A DNA stretch of 64,000 nucleotides, taken from positions 1 to 64,000 of IMG/VR virus record IMGVR_UViG_3300042197_000966. One strand, 5' to 3'. The stretch is from a virus. Shown here in pieces: positions 38,732 through 47,652 of this stretch. Under the pieces are notes generated by a model. The model ran no database searches, was not told the origin of the DNA, and saw only the letters and a program-made list of their open reading frames with translations. A program made the translations under genes and the position numbers. The first letter of the stretch is position 1; each line of letters opens with the position of its first letter.

Positions 38732-40376
38732 AGATTTTGTAGATAATATCTTTATTCCATTTTTACAAAAGCATAAAGATTACATTTTTGATTTATATTT
38801 TACTTGCAGAATGCCTCCATTTGAGCAGGATGCTATGGGTGATATTTTCAACAATCCAAAAGATACCACTTTCAGTGCTTTATACATTTCAAATAAAACT
38901 GGAATACCACTATCTGCAACATTTAATAATATTTTTGTGAGACCAGATCAAGAAAATTTAGATCTATTCATAAAGAATTTTAGATATGTTTATGAGAGAG
39001 GTGTAAGAATTGCTACAATTCCACACACTTCATGGTTACTTACTGGACAAATACAAAAAGAGTTTCCAAATCTCTTCATAAAGAATACAATTCTGAGAGA
39101 AGTTACTAGACCCAACGAAATTGTTTCTTTAGCAAAAGCAGGATTTCATTATATCAATCTTGATAGAGATTTAATGCGCGATAGAGATCAATTACTTGCT
39201 ATTAAAGAAGCAAAAGATTATTGCTCTTCTATTGGCAAACCAGTTAAATTGTCTTTATTAGCAAATGAAAATTGTTGGGGTGGATGTCCCATCATGCCAG
39301 AGCATTATCATTATAACAATACAAGAAAATTAAACAATCCAGAATATTTTGGAGATGCTATAAGTAGAATTTCATGTTCCTCTTGGGATATATTGGATTC
39401 TTCATCCTCGTTAAAAGCAGCGATATTACCACCATGGAAAGAAGATTGGATTGAATTTTTTAATTTGGGAATTGATGTATTTAAAATGCATGGCAGAGAG
39501 ACTGCTACCAGATTAAAAGAAAGTATGGACATCATTGAAAACTGGGCAAATAATAACGAATATTTGTTTCCAAATTTTGATGAATTTATTCATGATATAC
39601 ACATAGATGATAAACCTATTGATATTTGGAGAGAAAAAATTAAAACATGTAAATTTGATTGTTGGAAATGCAACTATTGTGAATCTGTAATCAAATCACG
39701 AGTTAGAAAATATGAAAAAGATCACCATCCTTATGTTTATCATGTTTTAAAATCTTTCGAAAAATCTGGTAGAAATGAATCTAGTTTTAATCCAGAAAAA
39801 TATGACATTGAAGGATTAACTTCTGATCGAGTAAGACATTTTTTAAATAATCTTTGTTCAATGGATGGAGCAAAATATTTGGAAATAGGATCTTATGCTG
39901 GAAGTACATTTTTTGCTGCTACCATGAATAACAATGTTCAAGCTTATGCAGTCGATAATTATGTTTGCAATGTTTCTCCTGCTAGATTGGATGTTAAATG
40001 GAATGGATATTCAAAACCCAAAAGAGACTTTTTAAAAAATAGATCAAAATATGAAATAGGAAAATTAATTGATAAGCATGTAAATGCCATCAACCTAATG
40101 GATTTGGATAATACAAAAGTCAATATCATTTTTTATGATGCTAGTCATGAATATAAAGATCAAAAAAAGGCATTATCTACTCTCCTTCCATTAGCAGAAG
40201 ATACCTTTATTTTGGTTATTGATGACATTAATTTCAAAGATGTGTTAGAATCTGCAAAAGAATTTATATCCGATAATAATTTGACTTCATTATATGAAAA
40301 ACAATTATTCACCACGGTCTTTGAAGATTCTAATAGTTGGTGGAATGGATTATTTGTAGCAGTTTTACGAAAATGA
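38673..40376 (+). CDS. Fusion of a peptidase-U32-like (Fe-S) domain and a class I SAM-dependent methyltransferase
   Basis: INLDRDLMRD, LLANENCWGGCP, GIDVFKMHGRE and CKFDCWKCNYC resemble U32-family proteins. The C-terminal YLEIGSYAGST, AVDNY, IFYDASHEY and ILVIDD are class I MTase motifs. Confidence 0.65.
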   Translation: MEPNLHPQVFSLPINPKLPEDFVDNIFIPFLQKHKDYIFDLYFTCRMPPFEQDAMGDIFNNPKDTTFSALYISNKTGIPLSATFNNIFVRPDQENLDLFIKNFRYVYERGVRIATIPHTSWLLTGQIQKEFPNLFIKNTILREVTRPNEIVSLAKAGFHYINLDRDLMRDRDQLLAIKEAKDYCSSIGKPVKLSLLANENCWGGCPIMPEHYHYNNTRKLNNPEYFGDAISRISCSSWDILDSSSSLKAAILPPWKEDWIEFFNLGIDVFKMHGRETATRLKESMDIIENWANNNEYLFPNFDEFIHDIHIDDKPIDIWREKIKTCKFDCWKCNYCESVIKSRVRKYEKDHHPYVYHVLKSFEKSGRNESSFNPEKYDIEGLTSDRVRHFLNNLCSMDGAKYLEIGSYAGSTFFAATMNNNVQAYAVDNYVCNVSPARLDVKWNGYSKPKRDFLKNRSKYEIGKLIDKHVNAINLMDLDNTKVNIIFYDASHEYKDQKKALSTLLPLAEDTFILVIDDINFKDVLESAKEFISDNNLTSLYEKQLFTTVFEDSNSWWNGLFVAVLRK

Positions 40377-41023
40377 AATTATATGATTTATTTCCAAATC
40401 CAATATTTGGAATTGATTATCCAGAGCACGATAAATTAAAAAAAATTATTCTTCAAATTATGGAAGAGTGCAAAGATGATTTTGAATTTAATGGTCAATC
40501 ATCTAATTTATCACACTTAAAAAATAAATTGAACGAATCAATTTTGCATGAAGAGCAATTAAAAGAATTTAAAGACTGGGTTGAAGAAACATGCTCTGAT
40601 TATGTTACAGATTGCTTGGGTTATAATCTCCAAGAAAAAATGATGGTTACAGATAGTTGGTTAAATAAATGCGACAAAGGAGGATCACAACATCCTCATT
40701 ATCATTCAAACTCATATGTTTCTGGAACATATTATGTAAATTTTCAAGATGGTCATGCTCCTTTAATGTTTAACAAAAGATCTGCATTATTATTTCCAAA
40801 TCATGCATCGATAGTTTTACCAGAGAATGATAATTTTATAACCAAGTACAATACAGATTCTGCTGTATATCCAGAGGAAGGTGAGTTATACCTTTGGCAA
40901 TCTCAAATGACGCATAGTGTTCCAGAAAATGGACTTGATAATCGAATTAGTTTGTCTATGAATTTTATGCCAACTGTTGTAAGCAATACAAGATATGGAT
41001 TTAGAGTAGAGTATTTATCATGA
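40373..41023 (+). CDS. Putative 2OG-Fe(II) oxygenase (TIGR02466-like)
   Basis: LFPNPI start, SWLN...HPHYHSNSYVSGTYY, PEEGELYLWQSQMTHSV and RISLSMN motifs. The ATG at 40373 overlaps the previous stop (ATGA). Confidence 0.8.
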   Translation: MKLYDLFPNPIFGIDYPEHDKLKKIILQIMEECKDDFEFNGQSSNLSHLKNKLNESILHEEQLKEFKDWVEETCSDYVTDCLGYNLQEKMMVTDSWLNKCDKGGSQHPHYHSNSYVSGTYYVNFQDGHAPLMFNKRSALLFPNHASIVLPENDNFITKYNTDSAVYPEEGELYLWQSQMTHSVPENGLDNRISLSMNFMPTVVSNTRYGFRVEYLS

Positions 41024-41805
41024 TAGATTTTAATGATATATTGAAACTTTTTCCCCAGGATGTGTGGGATATTGGATTGTTGAAGGGCGTTGAGTATAAA
41101 AAAGTATTGAATTCTCCAGTAAAGGCAGCATGTCATTTTAAAGGTGAAATGCTGACCAACAGATTGCAGGCTCCATATCAGTCAAGTAATACTCTGGTAT
41201 TTGCTAGAATGTCTGAACATGCTGCTGACTATTCTTTATATGAAGAAGCAACAAATTACTTATCCGAATACATAAAAGAAAATAAATGTGTTCAGGTATA
41301 TTTAAATTTTAAAGAGGCGGCTATACAATCTGGATTGGGAGTGAGAGCAAAAAATTCATTGATATATAATAAAAAATTTGGATTTCAATGTAAGATATGT
41401 GCCTTTACATTTTTAGAAGATCTGATTAATGCCCCAGAACCACATATAAACAATGGACAGTTAGATCTTTGTGATGGATGTAATGATTGCATAAAAAATT
41501 GTCCAGCTAATGCAATCCATGAAGATTTTATTGATGGCAATGCATGTGACACTTTTGTTGGTGTTGGTAATAGTTCCGAACAGTTATCAATTAAATGGTT
41601 CTGGTATGAATTGGTAAAACCAGATATATCAAGAGAAGTTGTAGAATCTTGGAATACACTAGAAGATTTTCAAAATATTGTATGGACAAATGGATATGAA
41701 ATGACACCAAATGGTTTGATGAAAGATGGTGAAGTAATTCCAATGCCTCTTTGTAGAGTGTGTCAGCAACAACCAAAATGTAGTAAAGTTCCTATAATGT
41801 TATGA
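41020..41805 (+). CDS. Two-[4Fe-4S] protein of the epoxyqueuosine reductase (QueG) / reductive dehalogenase superfamily
   Basis: FKEAAIQSGLGVRAKNSLIYNKKFG resembles the corrinoid-binding segment. CDGCNDCIKNCPANAI...ACD...CRVCQQQPKC supplies eight Cys. Confidence 0.65.
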   Translation: MIDFNDILKLFPQDVWDIGLLKGVEYKKVLNSPVKAACHFKGEMLTNRLQAPYQSSNTLVFARMSEHAADYSLYEEATNYLSEYIKENKCVQVYLNFKEAAIQSGLGVRAKNSLIYNKKFGFQCKICAFTFLEDLINAPEPHINNGQLDLCDGCNDCIKNCPANAIHEDFIDGNACDTFVGVGNSSEQLSIKWFWYELVKPDISREVVESWNTLEDFQNIVWTNGYEMTPNGLMKDGEVIPMPLCRVCQQQPKCSKVPIML

Positions 41806-42422
41806 TTTTAAATGTCGGACCATGGGAAATTAATCCATGTTTTTCCATGCCAGTATCATCTAAAAACATAGATCCAAGCATTAGTTTTCTTCTTAAAACT
41901 ATGTGCAAACGTGTTGAATGGATTGAAGATAATACATATACTGGAGTAAATGGATTTTATTCTAAAGATAGAAATGTTTTAGATTGTGATCAAGAAATTA
42001 AAAATGGATTTGTTTCTATATGCAAGGATTATATTGTTAATGCTCTTTGTTATGATACAGAGATACAGATAACAACTTCTTGGTTTACAAAAACTATAAA
42101 GGGAGGACATTGTGTTGATCACACACACTGCAATTCTTGGTTTAGTGCAGTTGTCTATTTTGGTGAATATGATGAAAATTCTTCGCCACTAGTATTTTCC
42201 ACAAATCCTCCACAAATAATGGTTGGATCAAAAAATTCAAATTTCTTAAACTCTTATAATTTGACAATAGAACCAATAAAGAATAAAATAATTATATTTC
42301 CTAGTAATCTGCGGCATAAAGTTATGCCGCACAAATCAGATATTCCAAGATATTCACTGTCTTTTAATATCATGCCACTAGGATTAGTTGGAGAAGGAGA
42401 TTCTTCTTATCAATATAAATAA
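41802..42422 (+). CDS. Putative 2OG-Fe(II) oxygenase (TIGR02466-like)
   Basis: SWFT...HTHCNSWFSAVVY, IIIFPSNLRHKV and RYSLSFN motifs. Confidence 0.8.
   Translation: MILNVGPWEINPCFSMPVSSKNIDPSISFLLKTMCKRVEWIEDNTYTGVNGFYSKDRNVLDCDQEIKNGFVSICKDYIVNALCYDTEIQITTSWFTKTIKGGHCVDHTHCNSWFSAVVYFGEYDENSSPLVFSTNPPQIMVGSKNSNFLNSYNLTIEPIKNKIIIFPSNLRHKVMPHKSDIPRYSLSFNIMPLGLVGEGDSSYQYK
42414..42421 (+). promoter_or_regulatory. Consensus late promoter TATAAATA
   Basis: Exact match overlapping the end of the oxygenase gene, upstream of the small coiled-coil gene. Confidence 0.65.
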
Positions 42423-42449
42423 CATTACACACTATCATTTGTGATAACC

Positions 42450-42632
42450 ATGGATACCGCAACACTTAAAAAGAATTTTGAAGAGCAGCTTGCTACTGCA
42501 GACAAGCAGATTGCTGAACTAGAAACAAATCTTGTTAAAGCAAGAGAATACAAACTCAAGCTTGAAGGTGGTCTAGAAACACTAGGACTTCTGGAACAAG
42601 AAGAAGCACCTGCCGAAGAAGCAGCAGAATAA
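42450..42632 (+). CDS. Small coiled-coil hypothetical protein
   Basis: MDTATLKKNFEEQL...KLEGGLETL. ATG at 42450, alternative GTG at 42441. Confidence 0.7.
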   Translation: MDTATLKKNFEEQLATADKQIAELETNLVKAREYKLKLEGGLETLGLLEQEEAPAEEAAE

Positions 42633-42638
42633 TCCCAG

Positions 42639-42674
42639 ATCCCTTCTTACTAAATATGTAAGAAGGGATTTTTT
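42639..42674 (+). terminator. Intrinsic terminator whose loop carries a late promoter box
   Basis: Perfect 12-bp stem ATCCCTTCTTAC / GTAAGAAGGGAT, loop TAAATAT, followed by a T-run. Confidence 0.8.
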
Positions 42675-42681
42675 GTGTCTA

Positions 42682-43482
42682 ATGGCATCTCCAAATAGTA
42701 GAGCCTCTCTTATCACATATTGTAAAAGACAACTGGGCGAACCAGTTCTTCAAATCAATATTGATGACGAGCAGGTAAGCAACGTTATTGATGATACTAT
42801 TCAGTTCTTCCAAGAGAACTGCTATAACGGTATGGAGCGTTGCTATCTACGCCATGAAATGAATGCTGCCGATAAAGCAAGATTAGAAGGAAAAGTTACA
42901 ACCACGAATGGAACTACAAACTGGGAAGAAGCAACAAATTATATTCCAATTCCAGATCATGTCGTGGGTGTTAGCAGAGTGTTTGGAGTGGTTGGAAACA
43001 GCATTCGCAGTAATCTATTTGGTATCGAATATCAGATCTTCCTCAATGATCTCTACGCTTTCGGATCACTTGATATTCTCAACTACTTTATGACAAAGCA
43101 GTATCTAGAAACTCTGGATATGGTTTTGAATAATGGATCATTCCAGCAGTTCAGATACACGATGCGTCGTGATCGTCTGTATCTAGATATTGACAAGGAC
43201 TTCCTACAAGAAGGTCAGTGGCTATTGATTGAGGCACACCGTCTCGTCAATCCAAATGATGCCACTGAAATGTATAATGATATGTTTGTAAAGCGTTATG
43301 CTACTGCTCTCATGAAGAAGCAGTGGGGACAAAACCTTATCAAGTATAACAATGTTCAACTGCCTGGCGGTATCTCACTGAATGGCAGACAGTTATATGA
43401 AGATGCGCTTGGTGAAATTGAAAAGATAGAAAGTGAAGTCCTCAGTAAGTATGCAGAACCACCTATGGATATGATCGGATAA
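42682..43482 (+). CDS. gp13: Neck protein gp13
   Basis: YCKRQLGEPVLQINIDDEQ and KKQWGQNLIKYNNVQLPGGISLNG motifs. Start at ATG 42682. Confidence 0.92.
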   Translation: MASPNSRASLITYCKRQLGEPVLQINIDDEQVSNVIDDTIQFFQENCYNGMERCYLRHEMNAADKARLEGKVTTTNGTTNWEEATNYIPIPDHVVGVSRVFGVVGNSIRSNLFGIEYQIFLNDLYAFGSLDILNYFMTKQYLETLDMVLNNGSFQQFRYTMRRDRLYLDIDKDFLQEGQWLLIEAHRLVNPNDATEMYNDMFVKRYATALMKKQWGQNLIKYNNVQLPGGISLNGRQLYEDALGEIEKIESEVLSKYAEPPMDMIG

Positions 43483-43483
43483 G

Positions 43484-44614
43484 ATGCCTACCAGTCCTTA
43501 TTTTCCTACCTACTACCAAGGTCATCCTGGGGAGCAAAACCTCGCTCAGGATCTTGCTGACGAACAGATCAAACTGTTTGGAACAGATATCTATTATCTA
43601 CCAAGAACCATTCTAAAAGATAATACATTAGATGATATCATCTATTCAAAGTATCAAGAGCAATTCCAAATTGAAATGCTTCTACAGAACGTTGAAGGTT
43701 TTGGTGAGCAGTCAGAATTCATCAGTAAGTTTGGTGTCAAGATTACTGACGAAGTGAAGTTTATTGTTTCGTCTAGAAGATGGGATCAAGCAGAGGCACA
43801 GTATAATCCAACGCTTACTGTTCCTGGAAGACCAAACGATGGAGATCTATTATACTTTCCTCTCACTACAGATATCTACGAAATCAAATTTGTAGAAAGA
43901 GAGACACCATTCTACCAGTTTGGTAAAATTCAATTCTTTATTCTAACTGCTGAAATCTATGATGTTGGCAACGACAATCTTGAAACTGGAGTTCCAGCAA
44001 TTGATGAGATTGAACAACTCTTCTCTAGTGCGTTCAAGCTTGTCATGGATCCTGGTGGTATTGGCAACTTTACAGTTGGAGAAGAGATCGTTGGAGATGA
44101 GTTCCTAGCAAAAGCAACATCAGCAATTACTGGTGGTGCTATAAGTGGAACAACAATCAGCGATGGTGGGGCATTCTACAATCCAGCAATTCCTCCAACT
44201 GTTACATTCTCGGCACCTCCAACAGGTGGCACTCAAGCTACTGGAACTGCTACGGTATCTTCAAACGGTATCGTGACTGGTATTTTCATTACCAATCCTG
44301 GAAGTGGTTACACATCTGCCCCTACAGTAACGATTGACTACTCACCAAAAGATAACAGAGCAGAAGTCAAGTCTTGGAACCAAGCAACTCGCACTCTAGA
44401 AGTTATCAACAGAACTGGCACATTCACAACTGCTGAGACAATTACTGGTCTTACATCTGGCGCCAAGTGGAGCCCATTCACTTTTGACACTCTAAATAAT
44501 ACCAACAGCGCCTACGATCAAAATAGAGAGATTGAGGATACCGCTGACGATATTGTGGATTGGACTGAAAGAAACCCATTTGGTGAGTTTGGAAATTATA
44601 CAGGTAGCGTCTGA
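43484..44614 (+). CDS. gp14: Neck protein gp14
   Basis: EQIKLFGTDIYYLPR, PNDGDLLYFPL, EIKFVERETPFYQFGK and DWTERNPFG motifs. Confidence 0.92.
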   Translation: MPTSPYFPTYYQGHPGEQNLAQDLADEQIKLFGTDIYYLPRTILKDNTLDDIIYSKYQEQFQIEMLLQNVEGFGEQSEFISKFGVKITDEVKFIVSSRRWDQAEAQYNPTLTVPGRPNDGDLLYFPLTTDIYEIKFVERETPFYQFGKIQFFILTAEIYDVGNDNLETGVPAIDEIEQLFSSAFKLVMDPGGIGNFTVGEEIVGDEFLAKATSAITGGAISGTTISDGGAFYNPAIPPTVTFSAPPTGGTQATGTATVSSNGIVTGIFITNPGSGYTSAPTVTIDYSPKDNRAEVKSWNQATRTLEVINRTGTFTTAETITGLTSGAKWSPFTFDTLNNTNSAYDQNREIEDTADDIVDWTERNPFGEFGNYTGSV

Positions 44615-45417
44615 TGTTAGGATCACATTTTTATAACGAAATTACTCGTAAGAATATTATTGCTTTCGGCACACTCTTCAACAATATCACGTTGAGAAAA
44701 AAAGATCCGAATACTGGTGCTGTATTGGAAGAGGAGAAGGTCCAATTAGCATACGGTCCCAAGCAAAAGTTTCTTGCTCGCCTAGAACAAAACCCAGATG
44801 TGGGTAGAAAGGTTGGCATTACTTTGCCACGTATTTACTTTGAGATGACTGGAATTGATTACGATGCTACCCGTAAGACATCACCAATTCAAAAATACAA
44901 AACGATCATTGCTGATAATGGTAATGAAGTCAGAGTTCAGTATGTTCCTGTTCCTTATAATATGAGTTTTGAATTGGGGATCATATCAAAATCACAAGAC
45001 GATGCTCTACAGATTATTGAGCAGATCCTACCATACTTTCAACCATCATTCTCAATCACTCTGAATATGATCCCAGAGATGGATGAGAAAAAAGACGTTG
45101 CGATTGTTCTCAACGATATCAACTACGAAGATGAATGGGAAGATGACTATATGCAGCGTAGATACGTTGTCTATACTCTAAGATTTACTGCTAAGACATA
45201 CTTCTACGGTCCTTACAGTCAGTCTGATATCATCAAGAAAGCAATTGTTTATGAAACAGTTGGTGATGCTGCTGTCAATAGGAGAACGATCAAGAGAACA
45301 TATACTCCCGTTGCTGTTCAAGATCAAGATGGTGATGGTGATGTAGATACTCAGGATACAGTCATCCTAACAGCAGATGATAATTTTGGTTTCAACGAAG
45401 GTATAGAATTCTATTGA
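44614..45417 (+). CDS. gp15: Tail sheath stabiliser / completion protein gp15
   Basis: FYNEITRKNIIAFGTLFNNI, LAYGPKQKFLARL and QIIEQILPYFQP motifs. Confidence 0.92.
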   Translation: MLGSHFYNEITRKNIIAFGTLFNNITLRKKDPNTGAVLEEEKVQLAYGPKQKFLARLEQNPDVGRKVGITLPRIYFEMTGIDYDATRKTSPIQKYKTIIADNGNEVRVQYVPVPYNMSFELGIISKSQDDALQIIEQILPYFQPSFSITLNMIPEMDEKKDVAIVLNDINYEDEWEDDYMQRRYVVYTLRFTAKTYFYGPYSQSDIIKKAIVYETVGDAAVNRRTIKRTYTPVAVQDQDGDGDVDTQDTVILTADDNFGFNEGIEFY

Positions 45418-45418
45418 T

Positions 45419-45820
45419 ATGAGCTTAGAGGAAAATATGGAAGAACTACTGAATATTGAGGCGGAGGTTGTTGATGAACCAAAGCCCGTGAAAGTTTCTG
45501 GTGAGAAGGAAGACAAGATAGAAGACTACGAATATACCAGGGCAGAGTTATACACCCTCATCAGCAAGGGTCAGGAGGCGGTGCAAGGCGCCTTAGAGGT
45601 TGCCCAGGAGAGCGGACACCCTAGAGCATACGAAGTCGCTGTGAATGCCATGAAGCAGGTAGCAGACATGACTGACAAACTTGTAGATCTTCAGAAGAAG
45701 ATGAAGGATCTAGATGCCGAGAATAAAAAAGTCACAAACGTTACAAACAACGCCATGTTTGTTGGTAGCACAACTGAGCTTCAGAAGATGCTGAAGCAGA
45801 TGGGAGGAGGCAAACGATAA
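45419..45820 (+). CDS. gp16: Terminase small subunit gp16
   Basis: DYEYTRAELY, HPRAYEVA and NNAMFVGSTTELQKML motifs. Confidence 0.92.
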   Translation: MSLEENMEELLNIEAEVVDEPKPVKVSGEKEDKIEDYEYTRAELYTLISKGQEAVQGALEVAQESGHPRAYEVAVNAMKQVADMTDKLVDLQKKMKDLDAENKKVTNVTNNAMFVGSTTELQKMLKQMGGGKR

Positions 45821-45847
45821 ATATTTTATTGTCTCTCAGTTCAACAA

Positions 45848-45952
45848 ATGGCAAAGTCAGCTAACAAAGGCAAGAAAGGATCTAACGGATCCAAGCAAAA
45901 CCAAGGTAATGCCACTGCCAAGAAAGCAAAGAATGGGGGCAAGAAAAAATGA
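45848..45952 (+). CDS. 34-aa Lys/Gly-rich basic peptide (below the ORF-track cutoff)
   Basis: MAKSANKGKKGSNGSKQNQGNATAKKAKNGGKKK. Follows a GATAAATA box at 45816-45823 and overlaps the next ORF by ATGA. Confidence 0.6.
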   Translation: MAKSANKGKKGSNGSKQNQGNATAKKAKNGGKKK

Positions 45953-46131
45953 CTTTGATAGCATTTGCGATCATAGGAATAGTTGAGGTTGGACCCAACG
46001 TTTGCCAGATTGATTATATGAGATACGTGGATGTTGCGAGTGTAAAACTTCCTTGCGACATCGTGAAACTAAATACTATTGATATGAAGTCGGAAAATGC
46101 CAGTTCCAGCAACCAACTTAAATTACGTTAG
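45949..46131 (+). CDS. Small hypothetical protein
   Basis: IIGIVEVGPNVCQIDY segment. Translationally coupled start. Confidence 0.55.
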   Translation: MTLIAFAIIGIVEVGPNVCQIDYMRYVDVASVKLPCDIVKLNTIDMKSENASSSNQLKLR

Positions 46132-46375
46132 AAATGACATAAATTGTGATCCATTAGTGACACAACCTGCTTCGGTAACGGTTGATGTATTCAACGGAAC
46201 AGAAGGTTGGACGGCATTTCAATACAAGGACTTCAATGGTGATTATGTCCCAAGAAATTCTAACAATACTATAAGAACTCCTGGGACATTTCAAGCAAGG
46301 AACTACGACAACACAACTAGAACTCCTGCTAATTATCAACGTCATGATACTAGCAACAATCCGATATTAGCATAA
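46097..46375 (+). CDS. Small hypothetical protein with short internal repeats
   Basis: Preceded by CTAAATA (about 46069). Contains RNSNNTIRTP / RNYDNTTRTP repeats. Confidence 0.6.
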   Translation: MPVPATNLNYVRNDINCDPLVTQPASVTVDVFNGTEGWTAFQYKDFNGDYVPRNSNNTIRTPGTFQARNYDNTTRTPANYQRHDTSNNPILA

Positions 46376-47652
46376 TGGCACAGTATAACAGAAATACCCG
46401 AGAGTTCTTAAATCAAGAAAGAACGTTATTCGAAGTCATGATGCTTTCGGATAACTGGGGAACTCGTGCCGATTTTCGCCCAGACTTCACGAGTAAGAAT
46501 AGATTAAAGACATCTCCATACGAAACATCATTCTTCAATACATTTCAGTTTGGTAAGGAAACTGATGTATGGGATGAGACCACAGCAAATGGTGGAACAG
46601 CAACGCATGATCCAAACCGTTCTGGTGTTGTAATGGCAGTAACTAGCACTACTGGTTCTGAGGTGATCCGCCAGACGAAACATGTGATGAGGTATATTCC
46701 TGGCAGAACATCCACAGTAAGCTTTGCTATTCGCTTACAAACACCAGTAGCAGGTGTTCGTAGAAGATTTGGTTTGTTTGATGAGAACAACGGCGTCTTC
46801 TTTGAGGATGGTGGAGATGGAAATTACTATTGTGTATTGAGAAGTAAGACGACTGGTTCCGTAGTTGAAACCAGAGTTGCCAGAGCAGATTGGAATGGAG
46901 ACAAGTTAGATGGAAATGGCAGAAGTAAAATTACTGCTGATCCAAATGCCCAGCATATGATCAATATTGAATATGAGTGGTATGGTGCTGGTCAAGTGAA
47001 ATTCTCTTACATTATTGGCGGCGAAACTCACACTATTCATACATTCAATACTGGAAATGTATTGAGCACAGTTTGGTCAGCAACACCATTCTTACCCATT
47101 CGTTTGGAACTAAAGAATGTAACTGGTGCTGCTGGAACTCATTATCTTTATCAAGGTTCTAACTCAATCATTAGTGAGGGTGTGCCAGAGAAGTTGGGAA
47201 CAGGTCAGAATATTCTGACGCCATTAGCAGGTAGAACGATGACGCTTGCTAATACTTTTTATCCAATAGTTAGCATTCGTTTGAAAAGCACAGCACTTCA
47301 AGGTATTGCTCTCCCAACAGCATTCCAAGCAGGAACAACAGATAACACCAACATCTTTTATAAATTAATTTTGAACCCAGCTTTAACTGGTGCTTCCTGG
47401 GTTGATATGGCAGATCCAAATTCATTCACTCAATATGATATGTCTGCTACTGCTCTGACTGGAGGAACTGATTTAGATGCTGGATTTATTGTTTCTGGTG
47501 CGAGTTCAACCATCCAAATTAACTCCAAAACAGCAAACCAAATAGGTAGAAGTTCCATGGGGACTGTTTCAGATATACTCACTCTTGCTATTGCTTGCGT
47601 CAACGCAAACAAAAGTGCTATCGCTTCGATGACCTGGATAGAACAACGATGA
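46375..47652 (+). CDS. Putative virion structural protein (425 aa, beta-rich)
   Basis: RQTKHVMRYIPG, WNGDKLDGNG and EYEWYGAG segments recalled from cyanophage virion-associated proteins. Confidence 0.55.
   Translation: MAQYNRNTREFLNQERTLFEVMMLSDNWGTRADFRPDFTSKNRLKTSPYETSFFNTFQFGKETDVWDETTANGGTATHDPNRSGVVMAVTSTTGSEVIRQTKHVMRYIPGRTSTVSFAIRLQTPVAGVRRRFGLFDENNGVFFEDGGDGNYYCVLRSKTTGSVVETRVARADWNGDKLDGNGRSKITADPNAQHMINIEYEWYGAGQVKFSYIIGGETHTIHTFNTGNVLSTVWSATPFLPIRLELKNVTGAAGTHYLYQGSNSIISEGVPEKLGTGQNILTPLAGRTMTLANTFYPIVSIRLKSTALQGIALPTAFQAGTTDNTNIFYKLILNPALTGASWVDMADPNSFTQYDMSATALTGGTDLDAGFIVSGASSTIQINSKTANQIGRSSMGTVSDILTLAIACVNANKSAIASMTWIEQR

Noticed and set aside
41020-41805. Assigning the gene symbol queG
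   Set aside because: Only superfamily-level motifs match. The N-terminal QueG signatures and catalytic Asp were not recognised.
26336-42422. Diversity-generating retroelement or invertible cassette acting on the fibres
   Set aside because: No reverse transcriptase or invertase ORF, and no near-identical template/variable repeat pair was seen.
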